DNA of 63,301 bases, the filler included, from Aduncisulcus paluster (lineage: Eukaryota): NCBI GenBank assembly GCA_024181965.1. It is 5 parts of 5 records of this genome, joined end to end, with 100 filler letters (N's around TTAATTAATTAA, not from the genome) between each part and the next. Parts side by side here need not be neighbours in the genome. Positions count along the whole stretch, not along the records: positions 53,241 to 59,337 come from BQXS01012715.1; positions 59,438 to 63,301 come from BQXS01012723.1; 3 more parts are not named here. One strand, written 5' to 3'. Below are positions 57,347 through 63,301 of this stretch, one piece after another. How positions within the stretch are numbered: the stretch's first letter is position 1; each line of letters begins with the position of its first letter. The notes below the pieces were generated by a model that was not told the DNA's origin, did no database searches, and saw only the letters and a list, made by a program, of their open reading frames with translations. The translations under genes and the position numbers were made by a program.

Positions 57347-59337
57347 ATGGATAAGGAATTAATTGAAAAGTTTTTACGGGATGAAGGATTGCTCCCTCCA
57401 CCTAAAGGATTAATTCGATTCCCATCAGATAGATTTATTCAATATTTAAAGAAACATGAAGCAACCCAAAGCTCAGACTTGATATACAATACTTCCAAGT
57501 TTCTTGGCATCATTCATTCTATTTTAGATTCTTCTCTTGAAGCTTCAACGGAAGAAATCATTTCAGTCGGTGCTCCAGCTGACGCGACTCTTCGTCGGGA
57601 GTATCAGCTTGTTATCACTCCTCCCAAGAGTGCTCAAGTCATTCCTCTTCGTGAAGTAGCCGCTGCCAATCTTGGTCATCTTGTTCGTGTTCGAGGGATC
57701 GTTACTCATGCTTCCACTGTATCACCTATGACCCGTGTGGCAACCTACAAGTGTGAGGCATGCAAAAGGTTAATTCATCAGGTTGTTAATGAAAGAGAAT
57801 TTAAGTCTTTGGTCGTCTGTCCCCATCCAAAATGTGCTGGTAAGCTTGCCACCAGTGGTCCCCACACTGTTACTAGAACTGTTTCTGTACGTGAGTCTGG
57901 TACCACTCGGATGAAGACTATGCATGGTGGTAGGCTTGTGATGTCTCCTCCCGAGTCTCGTGTTATCGAATACCAGGAAATTAGAATACAAGAAAGGAGT
58001 AATGAAGTTCCTGTCGGAGATGTGCCCCGTAGCATGACTGTGCACTGTTTTGGTGAGTTATGTGAGCAAGTAGTTCCAGGAGATAGTGTCAATATTGCTG
58101 GTGTCTTCTCTCCACTCCCGCCAAGCGGTTATAGAGCTCTCAGACTCGGACCTATTGTTCAGACAGCTCTATCTGCCCATGAAATTCAGAGAGTTAATGA
58201 AGCCGTTTCACACGATGAGTTATCAGAGCAAGAACAATCTGATCTTGCCCGACTTAGAGCATCCTCTGATGCGTATGATATCTTAGCCAGATCGATTGCT
58301 CCTGAGATTTATGGCCATTCAGACATCAAGAAAGCACTCCTTCTTGTTCTTACTGGAGGTTGTAGCCGTAAAATGAGCAGTGGTATGAAGGTAAGGGGTA
58401 ACCTCAATGTGTGTCTCATGGGTGATCCAGGATGTGGAAAGAGTCAGTTGTTGCGTGCCATGGGTAATTTGGCTCCCAGATGTATCCTGACGACTGGTCG
58501 AGGAAGCAGTGGAGTTGGTCTCACCGCTGCCGTTGTCCGTGATCCTGCGACTCAACAATTCGTCCTTGAAGGAGGTGCTCTTGTGCTCGCTGATAGGGGA
58601 GTGTGTTGTATCGATGAGTTTGACAAAATGGATGAAAAAGATCGTACCGCAATCTATGAAGTTATGGAACAACAGACCGTTTCTGTGGCGAAGGGAGGTA
58701 TTCACACAACTTTGAATGCCCGTGCGGCTGTCATTGCTGCCGCCAATCCTGTTTGGGGTCGTTATGACCCTTCCAAAACTGTTCAGCAGAACATTAACCT
58801 CCCACCAGCTCTATTGAGTCGTTTCGACATGTTATTCGTTGTTCGTGACCTCCCCAGTGAGGTAAAAGACAGGGAATTAGCCCAACACATCACGAATATG
58901 CATATATCTGCCGAAAGTTCAATGAGCAAGGAAGAGAGGGAATACAGGGAAAGCGAAGAAAAGAGGAGAAAAGAGCAAGAAGCCAAGGAATCTGAGAAGA
59001 AAACAAAAGAAAGAAAGAAGAAAGACGAAGAATCGAAAGACGAAGAAGAGGCAGAGATCGAGAGATTTTTGGAAGCAGCTCGTGACGACGACAAAGAATC
59101 AGAATCGGAAGAATCCAAGGAGTCTGAGGAAGCCCCTGCTCCAGCATCAGAATCACTCAAAGGTAGACTCCCTCCGATTTCCATTGTATCTTCCCGTGTG
59201 ATCAAAGCTTATCTACATGAAACAGCTGATCATGTTCCATTCATTCCCTCAGAAATCACTGATACCGTTATGAGCAATTATATTCAGCTTCGTGAGGAAG
59301 AAGCATCCATTGAATTGCAAACCAGTGGATTCAGAGG
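57347..59337 (+). CDS. MCM7: Replicative helicase subunit MCM7, 3'-truncated
   Basis: Zn finger CEAC...CPHPKC, VPVGDVPRS, VRGNLNVCLMGDPGCGKSQLL, TTGRGSSGVGLTAAV, IDEFDKM, NINLPPALLSRFD. Confidence 0.9.
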
Positions 59338-59437
59338 NNNNNNNNNNNNNNNNNNNNNNNNNNNNNNNNNNNNNNNNNNNNTTAATTAATTAANNNNNNN
59401 NNNNNNNNNNNNNNNNNNNNNNNNNNNNNNNNNNNNN
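59338..59437. other. Artificial contig linker
   Basis: 44 N + TTAATTAATTAA + 44 N. Confidence 0.97.
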
Positions 59438-59624
59438 GTCCAAAATGACAGGAAAAAACGTATGACTGCAGAAAAAAATAAAAATTTTGCGCAAAGAAAA
59501 ACAAACAAAATAAACCAACAAAAAAAGACAAAAACATGAGATTCTTCAGAAAAAAAATCTGAAGATCAAAAATGAGAATATACATTAATCCAATTTTACA
59601 CCATCAATACTGTACTCCGGCATT

Positions 59625-60368
59625 CTAACCTCCACATCCTCCACTAGTTGAAGGATTAACCTTAACCCTCCTGTCTTCTTCAAAAATCACAGTTTCTTGG
59701 TGAAAAGGAGAATCCAAATAAACATCGTCATCTTTCATTGATTTCTTCACGATACGTTCCTCAATTAATTTTATCAACGTCTTGAAGGCATCGGATGTAT
59801 TTGAACCAGTGAGAGCTGACGTTTCAAGGAAGGAGAAATGATTCTTAGTGCAATATACTTCTGCCTCATCAGTGGACACACATCGAATATGCTCCAAGTC
59901 AGATTTGTTGCCAAGAACCATGATGGGCATATCAGAAATATAATATTCACAATTAGTTTTCATCAATTTTACCCATTTCTCAAGATCACTGAACGATTTT
60001 CGATTAGTGACATCATAAACAAGCACAGCACCACGGGCCGGACGGAAATAACTTTTCACAAGAGCTTGATATTTTTCTTGCCCACCTGTATCACAAAAAC
60101 GTATCATAATCTCTTTATCATCCATTTTCTCCTTACGATAAAAAAATTCAACACCCATTGTGGTTGATCTTGGTGAAATAAATCTATCGGATTGATATCT
60201 ACCCAATACAGAGGTTTTTCCAACACCACTATTCCCAATGAAAATTATTGGGATACAAACTTTTTCAACGTCAAATTTTGACCTCGAAGAATCTTTGGTA
60301 TCTGGAGATTCTACCACCGTGGTACTAGTGACTGGTTCTGGATCCGGCTTACTTTGTCTTCCACCCAT
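59625..60368 (-). CDS. Rab-family small GTPase with an N-terminal MGxxxS extension
   Basis: GNSGVGKT, TMGVEF, DTGGQEKY, SYFR, NKSD, ETSA; ends SGGCGG. Confidence 0.9.
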   Translation of the reverse strand: MGGRQSKPDPEPVTSTTVVESPDTKDSSRSKFDVEKVCIPIIFIGNSGVGKTSVLGRYQSDRFISPRSTTMGVEFFYRKEKMDDKEIMIRFCDTGGQEKYQALVKSYFRPARGAVLVYDVTNRKSFSDLEKWVKLMKTNCEYYISDMPIMVLGNKSDLEHIRCVSTDEAEVYCTKNHFSFLETSALTGSNTSDAFKTLIKLIEERIVKKSMKDDDVYLDSPFHQETVIFEEDRRVKVNPSTSGGCGG

Positions 60369-60890
60369 TTGTAAAGTTTATAAATCTAAATGAAATTCCT
60401 CTGGTAAGGTGAGACCAAAATGGAAAAAGGTGTTCCATCTTGTCATATTTGCACTATTCACGCATTGAATACAAGCTTTATTAGTTTTTACGATACAAAA
60501 AAGTCAAAAAATGAATTTAGAAATCCACTCAAAGTTGTAATTTGCAGAGGAACTTCAAGTTGGCGGAAAGTTCCGCCAGCGATTCAATCACTGAAGTTCA
60601 GAGCCTCTTTCTGACTTATCCACCCTCAAAATTTCTCCAAATAAGATCGACCATGAGTTTATTGAATGTTAAATGTCGCGATAAGTTCGATGAATACCAT
60701 CTATTTCAGATTGGAAAAAAAAGGCAAAAAAAGGTTATACGGAGATAAAAAGTTTCGGTAATAAACAGAATAAATCAATAAAAAGGAAGCATAAATACGC
60801 TGGAATGATTTTGCGATCATCATTGCCTTAAAAATAAGAATAAAGAAATGAATTGAAAATAACGAATGAAATGAATAAGATAAGATCTAA

Positions 60891-62735
60891 TTATAGATTC
60901 ACAAGATCAGTGTGAGAAGAAGCAATGGGCAAACACCCAATCATAACAATGCTAGTTGCAGTCTTTTCCCCGGTAATTTCGCTGACTTGTTCGACATGCT
61001 CATCGGTAGGACAATTGTTGTTACAGTCCTCATCTTCCTTTATGCGTTTCTTCCCAGTAATTAAGAAAACAACACCGAGCATCACAAGTGCTCCACCGCA
61101 CATCTCCCAAAGAGAAGGAGACTCACCCAACAACACGGCAGCACTCAGCATGTTAATGATCACACTGAGCATAGAGAAAGCGTGGACAACAGTAGGAGAA
61201 CGAAGAATGTCGCAAGCATAAGCTTGAGCACCCCAAAGACCCGTTGTACCCAAGGCACCCATTCCAACAAGCATGAGCCATTCATTCAGACCAAAGGATT
61301 TGCATTGAGTAATGAAAGTGTCTCTGCAAAACAACATCACCAAGACGGCAGATATGAGGGTTCCACCTCCGTACACCCAGAACATCACCTCGAATGCATG
61401 TATCTTGGCCTTAGAATAGATACCAGGGGAATAGAGGAAATATATGACACAGGACACGATGTAGACGGCCAGTGAAATGAGACCGATTGTGGATGTGGAG
61501 CTAGAAGAAGAGCCAGAAGCAAAGAACATCTCACCAAGACTCACAACTGAGCCCAGAACACCGACAACAACAGAGATAAACACGAGGAATGATCCTTTCT
61601 CATATCCAAGGACAATAGCCATGGCTGCAGTGATCACAGGACTGACAGCATTGACGATTCCACTCATGGTGACACTGGTCTCAGAGGCGGCAACAAGAAA
61701 GGATAACATGACAACAAGAGCAGAGACAGAGAGAAGGATGAGATGGGGAACTGTCGGACCAGGGGGTAGTCTGATCCTTGGCTCAGCACCTTCAATGCGC
61801 TTCACACCACTCTCAGGATCAACAACTTCTGTGCCTTTCTGTCTGGGACGGAGGAGATAGAGGGGAATGTTCGCAATGAAACCGAACAAGTCACGCCAGA
61901 AGAGCATAGTTACCATGTGGATCTTTCCAGTCATTGCATTAGAAATGACAGCAACACCCGCACCGAGCAACTGGGCTAAAAATAGAGCAACGTATGCAAT
62001 AATCGCAGAGATGAATGATGGATTCATAGAACCAGAGTCATCAGACCACACCTTAGATGAATCAATAATAGCCGAGGGTGCCGAAGAATGCAAAGAAGTG
62101 CATTCACTTCCATCAACTTTGGACATGGACTGAGTCTTGGACTTTGAAAGGGGAGAATGATGGATGGAAGGTTTGGGATAAGTAGCAAAAGCAGAGCCGT
62201 TGATCTCAGAGGAAGAATGCTCGGAAGAGACAACCATAGTAGTGGAAAGTTCATCGACTGAAGAGAATGATGGGATTCGTCCGAGATATGTGATCTTATG
62301 ACGACGAGATCCAATACGACGCGAAGAAGGGGAGATCTTGTCATCAATAACCTTCGAAATAGCCAAAGAAGAAGCTAAAGGAGCAATCGGTGGAAGTAGA
62401 TCAGACGATTTAGGAATCTTCAAGACAGGTAGTGACTCAGCGTGACTTGAATCCTTATCCTTCTGAACATCCTCAGACGAGTCCAAATCCTTTGATAATA
62501 CCAAAGAATTAGACAATGAATCAGAAGATGGTTCTGAACATGACCTTTCAACAATAATAGCCAGAGAAGAGGATCCATTAAATTTTAGAGGGGCATCTGG
62601 GACATTGGGAATGACAATGGGAGGTAATTGACCTTTTTTCTCATCAAAAGAATTGTTTTCAACAGGTTTGGTCTGACCAATGCCAATGGAGTGCTCAGAA
62701 CGAATAATACCAAAAACGGATTTGTTTGATTCCAT
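60891..62735 (-). CDS. EamA/DMT-family transporter with a long Ser-rich N-terminal extension
   Basis: About ten hydrophobic helices in two repeats; SPVITAAMAIVLGYEK and LLGESPSLWEMCGGALVMLGV. Confidence 0.85.
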   Translation of the reverse strand: MESNKSVFGIIRSEHSIGIGQTKPVENNSFDEKKGQLPPIVIPNVPDAPLKFNGSSSLAIIVERSCSEPSSDSLSNSLVLSKDLDSSEDVQKDKDSSHAESLPVLKIPKSSDLLPPIAPLASSLAISKVIDDKISPSSRRIGSRRHKITYLGRIPSFSSVDELSTTMVVSSEHSSSEINGSAFATYPKPSIHHSPLSKSKTQSMSKVDGSECTSLHSSAPSAIIDSSKVWSDDSGSMNPSFISAIIAYVALFLAQLLGAGVAVISNAMTGKIHMVTMLFWRDLFGFIANIPLYLLRPRQKGTEVVDPESGVKRIEGAEPRIRLPPGPTVPHLILLSVSALVVMLSFLVAASETSVTMSGIVNAVSPVITAAMAIVLGYEKGSFLVFISVVVGVLGSVVSLGEMFFASGSSSSSTSTIGLISLAVYIVSCVIYFLYSPGIYSKAKIHAFEVMFWVYGGGTLISAVLVMLFCRDTFITQCKSFGLNEWLMLVGMGALGTTGLWGAQAYACDILRSPTVVHAFSMLSVIINMLSAAVLLGESPSLWEMCGGALVMLGVVFLITGKKRIKEDEDCNNNCPTDEHVEQVSEITGEKTATSIVMIGCLPIASSHTDLVNL

Positions 62736-63301
62736 CAGTATAAGGAATTGCAAGAACCTAAGGCGGTTTAGGGACAGAGAACTATGATCTGCAAAGAAAA
62801 CCACACCTTTTTTCACATTTCTAGCTGAATAATTACCGCTTATTTGGACGATGAGAAAAAGGTCAATGCCAGTTGCTTAATTAAAAAGATCTCACAAATT
62901 TCAATACTGTAAATAAATTGCATGCTAGTATGCGATGTAGTTATGTTCGCATAATAAAATATTGTGGGATTTTACGAGCTAATGAGATAATGGTATTTTT
63001 TCTTTTCTTGTTTGAAACAAGTTTCGCTCTTCCATCTTATTAGAACTAATTTTTCTGTGTTATTTTATTGTATACTATTCAACTTAATAATTAATAGTGA
63101 TAATATCATGTAGTCTTCCCCTCTACGAACTTGGAAAAAATCCTTTAATTTCTGACAGAGATAGTGTTGCATTTTGATTTAATAATTGTTGAAAAAAGCA
63201 TTTGAATAATATGTTTTTATGGCGACGATACAAATATTTTGATTGATCTAGGTCAAGCACCATTTCCACTTTCTCACGTGAACCCAGATATTATTTTGTT
63301 T

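Overview
Gene-dense, AT-rich eukaryotic draft-genome sequence read with the standard genetic code. The beta-tubulin sequence, the sparse short GTATGT introns and the poly-E/poly-S proteins suggest a free-living fornicate/metamonad flagellate (Carpediemonas-like, e.g. Aduncisulcus); this is inference. The window is five contigs joined by artificial 100-nt spacers (44 N + TTAATTAATTAA + 44 N). Seven 20-N gaps have duplicated flanks that split single genes into apparent ORF pairs. Recognisable genes: RING protein (missed by the ORF track), Bub2-type TBC GAP, WDR47-like, two VOC/glyoxalase proteins (one bacterial-like), RPL13A (three exons, including a 15-nt micro-exon), Rad52, ferric reductase/NOX, PARG, POLD2, MYBBP1A/Pol5-like, a MORN protein, Ded1/DDX3, DENND6-like, beta-tubulin, a large type I surface protein, XRN1, a cullin/APC2-like protein, MCM7, a Rab with an N-myristoylation motif, and an EamA transporter. 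The most unexplained signal is non-coding: several intergenic islands (9.33-9.80 kb, 17.95-18.08 kb, 23.33-23.67 kb, plus 13.06 kb and 21.96 kb) are packed with nested inverted repeats and one-base-spacer palindromes, and three of them carry an inverted TCTCAC/GTGAGA pair. They are candidates for unannotated structured RNAs or a snap-back DNA process. No rRNA, tRNA, CRISPR array or autonomous mobile element could be supported.
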